Of a stretch of 64,000 nt of DNA, positions 18,710 through 29,204 are shown one piece after another. The translations under genes and the position numbers were made by a program. The DNA is from an uncultured Methylomirabilota bacterium (GTDB lineage: Bacteria; Methylomirabilota; Methylomirabilia; Methylomirabilales; 2-02-FULL-66-22). Each line of letters opens with the position of its first letter. Position 1 is the stretch's first letter. The stretch lies in the NCBI GenBank assembly GCA_963845565.1, contig CAWJSJ010000002.1, positions 1,056,001 to 1,120,000 of the forward strand, given 5' to 3'. A model generated the notes under the pieces. It was not told the DNA's origin. It was given only the letters and a program-made list of their open reading frames with translations, and did not search any database.

Positions 18710-19260
18710 TCATCCGGTGGCGCGCGCATCCGTCGAGCGACGGAACGCGGCCCCCAGATGTCCGGCTAACGCCAGGGCGGCCTTCGTGCGAGTGGACGCG
18801 GCCGGGGGCCGGACCGGCCCCTCCGGCCGCCTGGCGCCGCGTCGAGAACCGCCCGGCCTTGCGCCGGGTCGCCCCGCCCGGGGCGGGGCTCCGGACCGGC
18901 GTCGGCCGGGCCGCGGGCGCAGCGGCGTCGGGGCCGGCCCGGCCCCCGGCCTCTGCGGTGTCACCCGTGGGTGCCCCCGCCCCGCACTCGCGGCATCGCA
19001 GGGGGCCGCCCCGGCTGCGGTCGCGACACGCTGTCCGTTCTCCCTGCGCGCGCTAGCCGGAGAACAGGGCGGCCTCGGACACCTTGACAAGCGGTTCCGG
19101 GTGTTGATAGGCTGCGCGCCACTCGGGTCGCGCCCTGCCCGGACGGCGCGGGGCACCGACCATCCGCATTCCGCCCTGCGGCCGGCCCCCATCGAGACGC
19201 TCGTTCGGGATCGAAGGCCGACCGCCGACCGTTGACCACGCCACGAAGGAGGGGACGCGC

Positions 19261-20493
19261 ATGAGACGATTTGCGATGTCGCTGCTGCTGGTATCGTTCC
19301 TGCTCCCCGTTCTGACGGTCATGCCGTCGGCCGAAGCCGGTCAGGCCGCGCTTCGCATCGGTGCGCTCTACCCGATCTCGGGCAGTCTGGCGCTGCTGGG
19401 GGAAGAGAGCTGGCGGGGGGCCGAGATTGCGCGCCAGTTCCGGAATCAAAAGGGCGGCGTGGCCGGTCGCCAGGTCGAGTTCGTCCGGGCGGACGTGCCC
19501 GACGTGAACGCCGCCAAGTCGGAGGCGGAGCGGCTGATCAGCCGCGAGAGCATGAAGTTCCTGATCGGCACCTACTCCAGTTCGCTTTCCCTCGGCGCCT
19601 CCGAGGTGGCCGCGCGCGCCGGCGTGACCTACTTCGAACTCGGAGGGATCTCGGATCAGATCACCGAACGGGGCTACAAGACGATCTTCCGCACCTGCCC
19701 GAAGGCCCAGTTGTTCTCCAAGTCTCAGTTGGCATTCGTCCGCGATTGGCTGGCGCCGCAACTCAAGAAGAAGCCGGCGGAGATGCGCGTGTCTCTGGTC
19801 CACGAAGACTCGGCCTACGGCTCGTCGATCGCGCGCAACCTGGAGGCGGAGGCCAAGGCGACCGGCATCCCGCTGGTCTCGGTCGTTCCCTACGACTCCA
19901 AGGCCATTGACCTGTCGTCGGTGATCCTGCGGCTGAAGAACGACAAGCCGGACGTGGTCGTCGGCGTGTCGTACGCCAACGACGCCATCCTCCTGGGGCG
20001 GCAAGCCAAGGAGCTGGGCCTCGACATCAAGGCGTTCATCGGGACCGGCGGCGGCCATAGCCTCAGCGGGTTCGCCGAGGCGCTGGGGGCGGGGTCGGAC
20101 GGGGTGTTCAATGTGGACTTCACGCAGTACGAGGTGAATCTGAAGTTCACGCCGGGCCTCCCCGAGTTCGTGGAGGCGTACAAGAAGGCCTTCAACAGCG
20201 CGCCCCGGTCGGGCCATTCCCTGACGAACTTCATGGGCGCGAACGTCCTCTTCGACGTGCTCGAGAAGACCGGGGGCGACCTGGATGCCGCCAAGTTCCG
20301 GACGGCCGCCCTGGCGTACGAGGCAAAGCCTGGGACGACGGCCACCGGGTGGGGTGTGAAGTTCGGCGAGAATGGTCAGAACATGCTGGCCGAGACGTTC
20401 CTCATGGAATGGCAGAACAAGAAGCTGGTGACCGTCTGGCCCGAGGGGCCCGCCGTCGCCAAGCCGAGCCTGATGCGGCCGTTCAGCAAGTAA
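19261..20493 (+). CDS. LIV-type ABC transporter substrate-binding protein
   Basis: Signal peptide; IGALYPISGSLALLG, GTYSS and EDSAYG. Confidence 0.9.
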   Translation: MRRFAMSLLLVSFLLPVLTVMPSAEAGQAALRIGALYPISGSLALLGEESWRGAEIARQFRNQKGGVAGRQVEFVRADVPDVNAAKSEAERLISRESMKFLIGTYSSSLSLGASEVAARAGVTYFELGGISDQITERGYKTIFRTCPKAQLFSKSQLAFVRDWLAPQLKKKPAEMRVSLVHEDSAYGSSIARNLEAEAKATGIPLVSVVPYDSKAIDLSSVILRLKNDKPDVVVGVSYANDAILLGRQAKELGLDIKAFIGTGGGHSLSGFAEALGAGSDGVFNVDFTQYEVNLKFTPGLPEFVEAYKKAFNSAPRSGHSLTNFMGANVLFDVLEKTGGDLDAAKFRTAALAYEAKPGTTATGWGVKFGENGQNMLAETFLMEWQNKKLVTVWPEGPAVAKPSLMRPFSK

Positions 20494-20553
20494 GGTCATG
20501 CGTGGGGCCGGGGGGATCCCCCCGGCCCCACGCGTTCCGGCGAGGCGACGGCG

Positions 20554-21444
20554 ATGAACGATCTCTTCATCCAGGTGGTGGTGTCGGGCCTGCTCATCGG
20601 CGGGGTGTACGCCCTGCTGAGCATCGGGCTGACCATGATCTTCGGTGTCGTCCGCATCATCAATTTCGCCCACGGCGAGATCATGATGCTGGCAATGTAC
20701 CTGACGTACTGGCTGCACGCGGCCTACGGCGTTGACCCGTACCTGTCGCTGTTCGCGGTCGCGCCGGTCCTCTTCCTCCTCGGAATCGTGATCCAGCGGC
20801 TGGTGATCCAGCCGATCCTGGACGCGCCCGCGCTGATGAAGGTCTTCGCGACCGTCGGGTTGTACATCGCCTTGCAGAATCTGGCGCTGATGCTGTTCAA
20901 GGCGGACTTCCGGACGATCCAGACCCCGTATGCGTCGGCGTCCCTGATGTTCGGCGGAATCAGCGTCAGCCTGCCCCGACTGTATGCGTTTCTCTTCGCC
21001 ATCGCGCTGATCGTCGGGCTGTGGGCCTTCCTCAAGTTCACGCTGGTGGGCACCGCCCTGCGGGCGCTGGCGGAGAACCGCACGGTGGCCCAGCTCATGG
21101 GGATCAGGGTCGCCAGGCTCTACCGGATCGCGTTCGGGGTCGGCGCCGCCATCACCGGCATCGCGGGCACGCTGCTCCTGCCGTTCTCCTACGTGTTTCC
21201 AACCATCGGGTCGATCTACACCCTGGTCGCCTTCGTGATCGTGGTCCTGGGCGGGATGGGCAACATGCTGGGCGCGTTTTTCGGGGGGCTCTTCATCGGC
21301 CTGGTGGAGTCCTTCAGCGGGACCTACGTGTCGCCGGCGATCAAGGAGGCCACCTACTTCGCCATCTTCATTCTGGTCCTGGTGGTGCGGCCCCAGGGCC
21401 TCTTCGGCATGGGGAAGGGCAGCGAGGAGGTCGGCCTCAAATGA
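20554..21444 (+). CDS. LIV-type ABC permease, LivH-like
   Basis: GGVYALLSIGLTMIFGV..IINFAHG, VLGGMG and RPQGLFG. Confidence 0.92.
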   Translation: MNDLFIQVVVSGLLIGGVYALLSIGLTMIFGVVRIINFAHGEIMMLAMYLTYWLHAAYGVDPYLSLFAVAPVLFLLGIVIQRLVIQPILDAPALMKVFATVGLYIALQNLALMLFKADFRTIQTPYASASLMFGGISVSLPRLYAFLFAIALIVGLWAFLKFTLVGTALRALAENRTVAQLMGIRVARLYRIAFGVGAAITGIAGTLLLPFSYVFPTIGSIYTLVAFVIVVLGGMGNMLGAFFGGLFIGLVESFSGTYVSPAIKEATYFAIFILVLVVRPQGLFGMGKGSEEVGLK

Positions 21445-22432
21445 CCGGGAAACAGATGGTGCTGTCCGCGGCGCTGCTGGCAGGCCTGATGGCCGTGCCG
21501 CTGGTGATCACGCAGGCCTACCTGCTGCACCTGCTGATCCTGATCCTCTTCTACACGGCGTTGACCGCCGCCTGGAACATCCTGACCTTCGGCGGGAAGG
21601 TCTCCTTCGGTCACGCCGCCTTCTTCGGGCTGGGAGCCTACACGTCGACGATCCTGCTCCTGAAGGCGGATGTGAACCCCTGGATCGGCCTGATCGCCGC
21701 CATCGGGGTGGCGCTGGTGGGCGCCGCCACCATGACGCTCCCCTTGCTGCGGCTGCGGGGGCCGATGTTCACCATGGCCACCATCGCCTACGCCGAGGTC
21801 CTGCGACGTGTGGCGATTCTGTGGCGGGAGCTGACGGCCGGCTCCGAGGGGCTGACGATTCCCTTCCGGCCCGGCTTGCTCTACTTGAGCTTCACCGGCA
21901 AGGTCGCCTACTATTACATATTCCTGGCGATCGCCGCCACCGCGGTGTGCCTCTCGTCGTGGCTCTTTCACTCGGCGACCGGATTCCACCTGCGCGCCGC
22001 GGCCTCGGACGAGGAGGCGGCCCAGGCGCTCGGGATCGACACCAACCGGGTCCAGGTGGTGGCCCTGATGTGGAGCGCGGGGATCACCGGGGCGCTGGGC
22101 GTGTTCTACACGCAGTACGTGTACATGATCGACCCCGACCTGGTGTTCTCCGTCACGCTGTTTGCGATCCAGCCCGCCCTGAACGGCATCATCGGCGGCC
22201 TCGGCACGGTGTGGGGCCCGGTGCTGGGCGCGGTCGTGATGACGCCGCTGGGCGAGTTCCTCCGCTCGTACCTGGGCGGGGTGCGCCAGGGGTTGAATTT
22301 CTTCATCTACGGCGTGACGCTGATCGTGGTGGTGATCGTGCTCCCCGGCGGGATCATCTCGGCCCTCCGACGCCATCCGGCGGCGGGTGCGCGGCCGCCA
22401 CCGCCTCGGTGCCCGCCAAGGAAGGCGCGTGA
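21441..22432 (+). CDS. LIV-type ABC permease, LivM-like (apparent frameshift near 22390)
   Basis: AWNIL, SFGHAAFFGLGAY, GGLGTVWGP and PGGI. The natural stop TGA at 22430-22432 overlaps the next ATG but is one base out of frame. Confidence 0.88.
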
Positions 22433-23157
22433 TGTCGCTGCTCCGCGTCGGCGACCTCGGCAAGGACTTCGGTGGCCTGGCGGCCGTCTCCGGGGTCAGC
22501 TTCGAGATCGGGCAGGGCGAGATCCTCGGGCTGATCGGGCCAAACGGGGCGGGAAAGACAACCGTCTTCAATCTCATCTCGGGTCTGCTGCCCCCCACGC
22601 GCGGATCGGTCATCTTCGGGGGGGCGGACATCACGCGGCTCCCGACGTTCCGCCGGAGCCGCCTGGGCATCGGCCGGACCTTCCAGATCGTCCGGCCCTT
22701 CGAGGGCATGACGGTCCTGGAGAACGTGATGGCCCCGATCCTCGCCCGGGAGCGCCACCCCGGGCTGGCGCGGACGGAAGCCCTCCGGGTGCTGGAGCGG
22801 GTCGGACTCGCCGACGAGGCCGACGCCGACCCGCAGAGCATGACGCTGGCCCGCCGGAAGCGCCTCGAGGTGGCCCGCGCCCTCGCCACGCGGCCGCGGC
22901 TCCTCCTCCTGGACGAGGTTCTGGCGGGGCTCAATCCGGTCGAGGTCCAGGATGCGCTCCCCCTCATCCGGAGCATCCGCGAAGGCGGCGTGACGATCTT
23001 CATCATCGAACACATCATGGCGGCGCTGATGTCGCTCTCGGACCGCGTGCTGGTCATGGACCAGGGGGTGTTGATCGCCACCGGCACGCCGGCCGAGGTG
23101 ACGGCGAACCCGCGGGTCCTCGAGGCGTACCTGGGAGAGGAGGCGACGGGTGCTTGA
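22432..23157 (+). CDS. LIV-type ABC ATPase, LivG-like
   Basis: GPNGAGKTT, RTFQ, LLLLDE, IEH and EAYLG. Confidence 0.92.
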   Translation: MSLLRVGDLGKDFGGLAAVSGVSFEIGQGEILGLIGPNGAGKTTVFNLISGLLPPTRGSVIFGGADITRLPTFRRSRLGIGRTFQIVRPFEGMTVLENVMAPILARERHPGLARTEALRVLERVGLADEADADPQSMTLARRKRLEVARALATRPRLLLLDEVLAGLNPVEVQDALPLIRSIREGGVTIFIIEHIMAALMSLSDRVLVMDQGVLIATGTPAEVTANPRVLEAYLGEEATGA

Positions 23158-23854
23158 GATCCGGCACATCTCCGTCTTTTACGGCGACGTGCAGGCGGTC
23201 AAGGACGTCTCGCTCGTGGTCGAGGAGGGCACCATCGCCGTGCTGCTCGGACCCAATGCCGCGGGGAAGAGCACGACGCTGCGCGCCGTCAGCGGCGTGC
23301 TGAAGGTCCGCACGGGGGAGATCCTGCTGGACCGGACGCCCATCCACAATCGCCCGGCGTACGAGATCGTGGAGCGGGGCGTGATCCACGTGCCCGAGGG
23401 ACGGGGGCTCTTCGGCTCGCTGACGGTCCGGGAGAATCTGGCGCTCGGAGCCTACACGACGAAGGCGCGCCGGGAGGCGCCGACGAACCTCGAGAAGGTC
23501 TTCACACTCTTCCCGCGGCTCAAGGAGCGCCAGCGGATGCCGGCCCGATCGCTCTCCGGAGGAGAGCAGCAGATGTGCGCGATCGCCCGCGGCCTGATGG
23601 CGTGCCCGCGCATATTGATGGTGGACGAGATGTCCCTCGGGCTGGCGCCGATCCTGGTGCGCGCCATGTTCGACACGGTGCGGACCATCGCCCAGGCAGG
23701 ACTCACCGTCCTCTTGGTAGAGCAGGCCGTGCACCGCTCGCTGCAGGTGGCGAAGACCGCCTTCATCCTCGAAAACGGCCGGACCGTCCTGGCCGGCCCC
23801 GCGGACGAGCTGTCGCGGCACGAGCACGTCAAGCGCGTGTACCTCGGCGTCTAG
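23150..23854 (+). CDS. LIV-type ABC ATPase, LivF-like
   Basis: GPNAAGKST, VPEGR, LSGGEQQM, DEMSLGLAP and VEQ. Confidence 0.92.
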   Translation: MLEIRHISVFYGDVQAVKDVSLVVEEGTIAVLLGPNAAGKSTTLRAVSGVLKVRTGEILLDRTPIHNRPAYEIVERGVIHVPEGRGLFGSLTVRENLALGAYTTKARREAPTNLEKVFTLFPRLKERQRMPARSLSGGEQQMCAIARGLMACPRILMVDEMSLGLAPILVRAMFDTVRTIAQAGLTVLLVEQAVHRSLQVAKTAFILENGRTVLAGPADELSRHEHVKRVYLGV

Positions 23855-24006
23855 CAGGCCGCTCAAAAAGGCCCATCTGCGGCGTTGGAGCGCCTTGCCG
23901 CTCGCTGCGGCGTACCTCCAGTACGCCTCGCTCGGGCATCGGCACTCCGCCTTGCATCTGGGCCTTTTTGAGCGGCCTGGACGAAAATGAGTTTGTTGGT
24001 ATCCTG
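23855..24006 (+). mobile_element. MITE-like family A, copy 3
   Basis: Perfect 21-bp IR CAGGCCGCTCAAAAAGGCCCA/TGGGCCTTTTTGAGCGGCCTG; outer end ...ATCCTG; flanks CTAG and CTAC. Confidence 0.85.
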
Positions 24007-24811
24007 CTACTGCGCGGCCGGAGGTTCCCGCCAGTGCGGCGCGCGTCGCCTGGAGCGCCTCACGGGCCACCACCTCGGGATCCCGCGCCCAGGCGGCGGG
24101 GTTCGGGGCCTCGTAGGACAGATACCCCTGGTAACCGATCCGCGTCAGCCAGGCGCCGATCTCGCGGAAGGGGACGCACCCCTGGCCGGGGGGGAGGCGG
24201 TCCAGGCTTTTGCCGGGCACGAGGCCCTGCCGTGGGACATCGCTGAACTGGAAGTACACGATCTCCTCGAGACCCTGCACGCTTCCACCGCTCCGCTGCA
24301 AATGGTACGTGTCCAGGAGCACCCCGCAGTGCGGGTGGCCGGCCAGCGTCAATGCCTCGCGCATGCGGTCGAGGGTGTTGTACTGCTCGCACTGCGAGTT
24401 GGACTCCAGCGCCAAGCGGACGCCGTGCTGCTTGGCGATGTCGCCGACTTCGCGCAGGCTGGCCGCGGCGCGCTGGACATTCCCCCGGCCCGGGTCCACC
24501 GGGCTCATCACGGTGGCGCACCCAAGCTCCACCGCCCAGCGGCAGGATTCGTCGAAGGCCCGGAGGAGCCGCGTGCGCTCGGCGCCCTCGGCGAACAGGA
24601 AGCCCATCTCCACCCCGACGCAGGCGACCGGTAGGCCGCTCCCACGCACGAGGTCCAGGACCTGCGCGGCGGATTGCCCGTTCTCGGCGGCCCGCTTGAA
24701 GTCCAGGCGGCGCAGCTCGATGGCGTCCCAGCCGGCGGCCCGGGCCGCGCGCAGGACCTCGGCCAGGGGTGTCGTGTCCAGCGTCCAGGTGTGCAGCGCA
24801 AATCCCTTCAT
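24007..24811 (-). CDS. Sugar phosphate isomerase/epimerase (xylose-isomerase-like TIM barrel); stop codon out of frame
   Basis: GWDAIEL, LALE, LDTYH, QFSD, RLPPGQG and LSYEAPN. As assembled the ORF reads through to 23054; the likely true stop is the TAG at 24007-24009 after a 1-nt indel. Confidence 0.8.
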
Positions 24812-24895
24812 GGCGTGTCTCCTTCTTCGTAGGGCCGGCGCCGCCAGGCCTCAGCGTTGTGGTCGAGAAGGCGGCAGGTAGTCTGGCCGGCAAGT

Positions 24896-25930
24896 CTACA
24901 GGTGCGGGGTCAAGAGCTGGAGATTGGCGGGGCCCTGCGGCAACGCCCCCGCCTCGATCCGCTTGGTGATCTCGACGATTGCCTCGTTCATCGGCGTGGG
25001 CGTGCCGACCTCGCGGCCCTTCTTCACCACGTAACCGTTCAGATACTCCACCTCGGTGCGGCGGCCCTTGAGGACGTCCTGGAGGAGCGAGGGGCGCCCC
25101 GCGCCGACGCTCTTGCCGCGCTCCACCCAGTCCCGCCGCAACTCCTCCCGGCCCATGCCACGGGCCGCCTGGAGATAGGTCGCCGCGGCGATTCCCCCCA
25201 CCGGCTCCACCTGAACGCCCAATCGCTCGGCGACGGTGAGCGCCTCGGCGGCGACGGCAACGGTGATGGGGAAGACATCGGGGTGGCTCCGCATCTCCGC
25301 GTTGTTCAGGTTCGTGATTCCCGCCAGGGGGTTGGCCATGCAGTTGACGGTGAGCTTGGCCCAGCGATCACCCCAGAGATTCGTGGTGACGTGGGCCACG
25401 CCTGCGGGCGTGAGGAGCGTGACCAGCTCCTGCACCCGCGGCGTGACCATCCCGGTCATTTCGCCGACGGCGAAGGAGGGGCGGGAGGGCAGGTTGGTCC
25501 GCGTGACGTGGCCCGGCTCGTACAGGCCTGCGCCGATCGTCACCACGCAGCCGATGGTCCGCGTATACCCGACAATCGGGGCGACCTGGTCCTCGTTGAT
25601 CCCGTTCTGGGCCGAGACGAGGACGCCCCCCGGCGCGAGGTACGGGGCAATGAACGTCGCCGCCCAGGCGGTATCGTAGGATTTCACCGATAGGAAGACG
25701 GCATCGAACTGCTCGCGCAGGCCCGCGACCTCGGCCAGATGGAAGGCCTTCACCTTGACGGTGAAATCCTCCTCTAGGGCCGTCACTCTGAGGCCGCCCT
25801 GCCGCATTGCTTCCACGTGGGCAGGCCAGAGGTCAATGAGCGTGATGTCCTGCCCCGCGCGCGCAAGATAGCCCCCGATCGTGCTCCCGATCGCCCCCGC
25901 CCCCATCACCGCCACCTTCCGGAATGCCAC
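24896..25930 (-). CDS. Ketopantoate reductase (PanE/ApbA) family oxidoreductase
   Basis: VMGAGAIG, VKSYDT, QNGIN, WAKLTVN, SLLQD and TEVEYLNG; GGAGGAG RBS. Confidence 0.9.
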   Translation of the reverse strand: MAFRKVAVMGAGAIGSTIGGYLARAGQDITLIDLWPAHVEAMRQGGLRVTALEEDFTVKVKAFHLAEVAGLREQFDAVFLSVKSYDTAWAATFIAPYLAPGGVLVSAQNGINEDQVAPIVGYTRTIGCVVTIGAGLYEPGHVTRTNLPSRPSFAVGEMTGMVTPRVQELVTLLTPAGVAHVTTNLWGDRWAKLTVNCMANPLAGITNLNNAEMRSHPDVFPITVAVAAEALTVAERLGVQVEPVGGIAAATYLQAARGMGREELRRDWVERGKSVGAGRPSLLQDVLKGRRTEVEYLNGYVVKKGREVGTPTPMNEAIVEITKRIEAGALPQGPANLQLLTPHL

Positions 25931-25991
25931 GTTCTCCTCCCTTCGATGATCTTCCCGCCGCACGGTATCCAATGCGGATCGCGCCGTCAGG

Positions 25992-26162
25992 CGGGATGTC
26001 GAAAAACCGGTCTTCACCCAGGCTGCTCAAAAAGGCCAGATGCAAGGCGGCGCGACCCATCCTGTGGATGGGTGCCCGAGGCCGAGTGAGGCGTACTCCA
26101 GGTACGCCGCAACGAGTGCCTGAGCGAGCCAACGCAGCAGATGGACCTTTTTCAGCAGCCTG
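25992..26162 (-). mobile_element. MITE-like family A, copy 4
   Basis: Minus strand CTAG-CAGGCTGCTGAAAAAGGTCCA...TGGCCTTTTTGAGCAGCCTG...TTTTTCGACATCCCG, after the dctP stop. Confidence 0.85.
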
Positions 26163-27167
26163 CTAGCGCTTGAGGATGGCGGCCGCGCCCTTCAGCGTGT
26201 CGGCCACTTCCTTCTGCCCCTTGGACAGCTCGTCCCAGATGGCCTGCGAGCCCTCCTTCCACACGGCCAGCTCCGCGGCCGTGGGCTGGTGGAGCTTCGA
26301 CTTCTGCTTGGCCTCTTCCATGTCCTGCCGGAAGGCCTTCTGGGCTGCGGCCTCGGTCGCCCCCTCGATGGCGGCGCTGGCATCCAGGACGGCCTTCTGC
26401 TGGGTGGGCGTCAGTCGGTCGAAGACCCCCTTGTTCATGGCGATGAAGGTGTGCACGGAGATGACGGGGAGCATGACGGCGTGCGGCGCCACCTCGTAGA
26501 GCTTCCGCTCCACGTAGGTCGTGACCGAGTTGACGGCCCCGTGGATGGTGCCGCGCTGCAGCCCCATGTAGACCTCGGCCCCGGTGAGGAAGGAGGGGCC
26601 GGCCCCCCAGTGCTTGATCATGGCGGAGCTCTCCGGGCTGACGGCCCGGATGACCAGCCCCTTGACGTCGTCTCGCACCTTGATTGGCTTGGTGGACATG
26701 ACGATGGTGTCCTGGGGAGAGGGGAACATGGCCAGCCCCAGGAGCTTGACCCCCTTCTGCTCGGCGGTCTTCCGCATGGCGCCGCCGATGTCGGAGCGGA
26801 CCACCGCCAGGATCTCGTTGGAGGACTCGAAGAAGAAGGGCATCTGGAAGAGCTTCATGGCCGGGACAAGCTGGTTCTCCAGGTACATGGTGAAGGCGCA
26901 GCCGGCCTCGATGGCCCCCGTGGCCACCGCCTTGATCACCTCGTTGTCGCGGAAGAGCTGCGCCGAGTGGTAGACCTGGACCTGAAGCTCGCCCTTGGCG
27001 TTGCTCTCCACCAGCTTGGCCCATTCGATGTACTGCTTGGTGATGAAGTGCTGCTCCGGGGCGCCGGTGCTGACCCGGATGGTCGTGCCGGCCGAGCCGT
27101 CGCCCGGCAGCGCGCAGAAGCCCACGAGGGCCAGGAGCAGGATGGCCACGTACCCGCGTCGCGTCAT
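26163..27167 (-). CDS. TRAP transporter substrate-binding protein, DctP family
   Basis: Signal peptide; QVYHSAQLF, DVKGLVIR and EVYMGLQRGTIHG. Confidence 0.9.
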   Translation of the reverse strand: MTRRGYVAILLLALVGFCALPGDGSAGTTIRVSTGAPEQHFITKQYIEWAKLVESNAKGELQVQVYHSAQLFRDNEVIKAVATGAIEAGCAFTMYLENQLVPAMKLFQMPFFFESSNEILAVVRSDIGGAMRKTAEQKGVKLLGLAMFPSPQDTIVMSTKPIKVRDDVKGLVIRAVSPESSAMIKHWGAGPSFLTGAEVYMGLQRGTIHGAVNSVTTYVERKLYEVAPHAVMLPVISVHTFIAMNKGVFDRLTPTQQKAVLDASAAIEGATEAAAQKAFRQDMEEAKQKSKLHQPTAAELAVWKEGSQAIWDELSKGQKEVADTLKGAAAILKR

Positions 27168-27287
27168 GATCGTCCTCCTTGATTGCCGAATCATGTTGCC
27201 GTGCTTCCGGACCGCCCAATAAGTTGCGTGACGACTCATCAGCAGCCGTCAGCCACAGGACTCCGGCCGCTCTTGCCTCCGCCCCCC

Positions 27288-29192
27288 TCACCTCGTCAGG
27301 GCGGGCAGCCAGGTCGTGAGGCCGGGGAAGAATGAAATCAGCGCCAGGAACACGCCCATCAGGATCAGGAACGGGATCACCCCCCGGGAGACCTCGGCGG
27401 CGGTGGCCTTGCCGATCTCCTGGAGAATGAACAGGTTGATGCCTTCGGGGGGCGAGATCAGGGCCAACTCGCCCGTCACCACCATGATGATGCCGAACCA
27501 GAGGCCGTCGAAGCCCAGCGCCTTGATCACCGGATAGAGGATGGGGCAAGTGATGACCATGATCGAGACGGCCTCCAGCGGGCCGCCCAAGATGATGAGG
27601 AAGATGAGGATGAAGACGAGGTAGAGCCAGGAGGGGAGCGCGAGAGCGCTGATCGCCTTGAGGAGGTCCTGCGTGATCTGGGTCATGGTGATGAGGTTGC
27701 CGGTGATGTTGGCGCCGATGATGATGAGGATGATCATCCCGCTGATCTTCCCCGCCTTCAGGATGCAGGCCTTAAGTCGAGTCCAGGGCAGGGTCTGATA
27801 CCAGAAGGTGCAGAGGAAGATGCTGTAGAGGACGGCCACGGCCCCGGCCTCGGTCGGCGTGAAGAGGCCGGAGTAGATCCCCCCCATGATGATCAGGATG
27901 ACGATGAGCCCGCCCAGGCTCTCCCTGGTGGCCTGCCAAATCTCCCCTAGGCTGGCCCGCGGGTCGCGCTGGATGTTTGGATCGCGCAGGCCCACCACCA
28001 CCATGTAGGCGATGAAGAAGCCGGTGAGGATGAGGCCCGGCACCACCGCCGCCAGGAAGAGGGCCCCCAGGGACTCGAACGTGATGGCCGAATAGAAGAT
28101 CAGGGCCAGGCTGGGCGGGAACAGGATGCCCAGGGTCCCGCCGGCCGCGAGCAGGCCGATCGAGATCTTGCGGTTGTAGCCCCGCTTCAGCATCTCGGGC
28201 AGGGCGATCACGCTCACCGCCGCCGCCACGGCCACGCTGGAGCCCGTCATGGCGGCAAAGATCCCGCAGAAGATGATGGCGGCGATCCCCATCCCGCCGG
28301 GCAGGTGGCGCACGAGCGTGTTGGCGAACTGGAAAATCCGAGGCCCCACCTGCCCCGCCTCCAGGATCGTCCCGGAGAGGAGGAAGAGGGGGAAGGCCAC
28401 GATGAGGATGCTGTCCACCGTGTTGTAGGCGATCATCGGGACGTTGATCAAGGCGGTCTCGCCGCCGAGAAGAATGAAGAGGCCGAAGGTGCCAAAGAGG
28501 CCCATGGCGTATGAGACCGGCATCCCGTTGAACAGTAGGGTGAAGAAGAGCAGGGCGAGGCCGGTCTTGGGCCAGGACTGGAGGAGAAGCAGGCCGAGGC
28601 CGAGTGTGCCCGCGAAGACAAACAGCGGGAGATACGCCCCTGGCCGGTTGCCCTCGGGAAGCGTTGCCAGGGCTCCTCGGTGAAGGCCGCGCACGTCTTT
28701 TCCCAGGACCCGGAGCAGCTCCAGAAGCATGAGGCCGCCCCCGAGGGGGACGAAGGCCTGCGGGATCCAGAGCGGGATCTGAAGGGTCTGAGACAGCTCA
28801 CCCATGGCGTACGAGCTCTGCACCATCTTCATCCCGTACCAGGTGAGAATGAGGCTTAGGACGATGCCGAGGCCGGTGGTGAAGAGTTCCAGGAGAAAGA
28901 CCGACCCCTTGGAGAGGTGGGCGGTGACGAAGTCCACGCGCGTGTGGCCCTTCTCCTGCAAGGTGTACGCGAAGAGGAGAAAGGCGGCCACGATGGTGAG
29001 GAGGCTGCTGATCTCCGCCACCCACATGGTGGGGGCGCGGAAGGCGAAGCGCATGACGACTTCGTAGACGATGATGCAGGCCACGGCCAGAAAGAGAATG
29101 CTTCCGAGACCCCCCAAGAGCGTGATGAGCCGGGCCAGGGGCGGTCGGGCCGGGGAGTGTCCGTCGGCTGCTGGCCTAACGCTGTCCGCCAT
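27288..29192 (-). CDS. Fused TRAP small and large permease (DctQ-DctM)
   Basis: DctQ part (YEVVMRF..APTMW, HTRVDF) followed by DctM part (GSSVA, GGTLGILFPPS, FTPTEAG, SPPEGINLF). Confidence 0.9.
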   Translation of the reverse strand: MADSVRPAADGHSPARPPLARLITLLGGLGSILFLAVACIIVYEVVMRFAFRAPTMWVAEISSLLTIVAAFLLFAYTLQEKGHTRVDFVTAHLSKGSVFLLELFTTGLGIVLSLILTWYGMKMVQSSYAMGELSQTLQIPLWIPQAFVPLGGGLMLLELLRVLGKDVRGLHRGALATLPEGNRPGAYLPLFVFAGTLGLGLLLLQSWPKTGLALLFFTLLFNGMPVSYAMGLFGTFGLFILLGGETALINVPMIAYNTVDSILIVAFPLFLLSGTILEAGQVGPRIFQFANTLVRHLPGGMGIAAIIFCGIFAAMTGSSVAVAAAVSVIALPEMLKRGYNRKISIGLLAAGGTLGILFPPSLALIFYSAITFESLGALFLAAVVPGLILTGFFIAYMVVVGLRDPNIQRDPRASLGEIWQATRESLGGLIVILIIMGGIYSGLFTPTEAGAVAVLYSIFLCTFWYQTLPWTRLKACILKAGKISGMIILIIIGANITGNLITMTQITQDLLKAISALALPSWLYLVFILIFLIILGGPLEAVSIMVITCPILYPVIKALGFDGLWFGIIMVVTGELALISPPEGINLFILQEIGKATAAEVSRGVIPFLILMGVFLALISFFPGLTTWLPALTR

Positions 29193-29204
29193 GGAATCCC
29201 TTCC

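Noticed and set aside
18710..19250. Very GC-rich intergenic stretch with many potential hairpins and short ORFs
   Set aside because: No repeat unit, motif or coding signal beyond what extreme GC content produces by chance.
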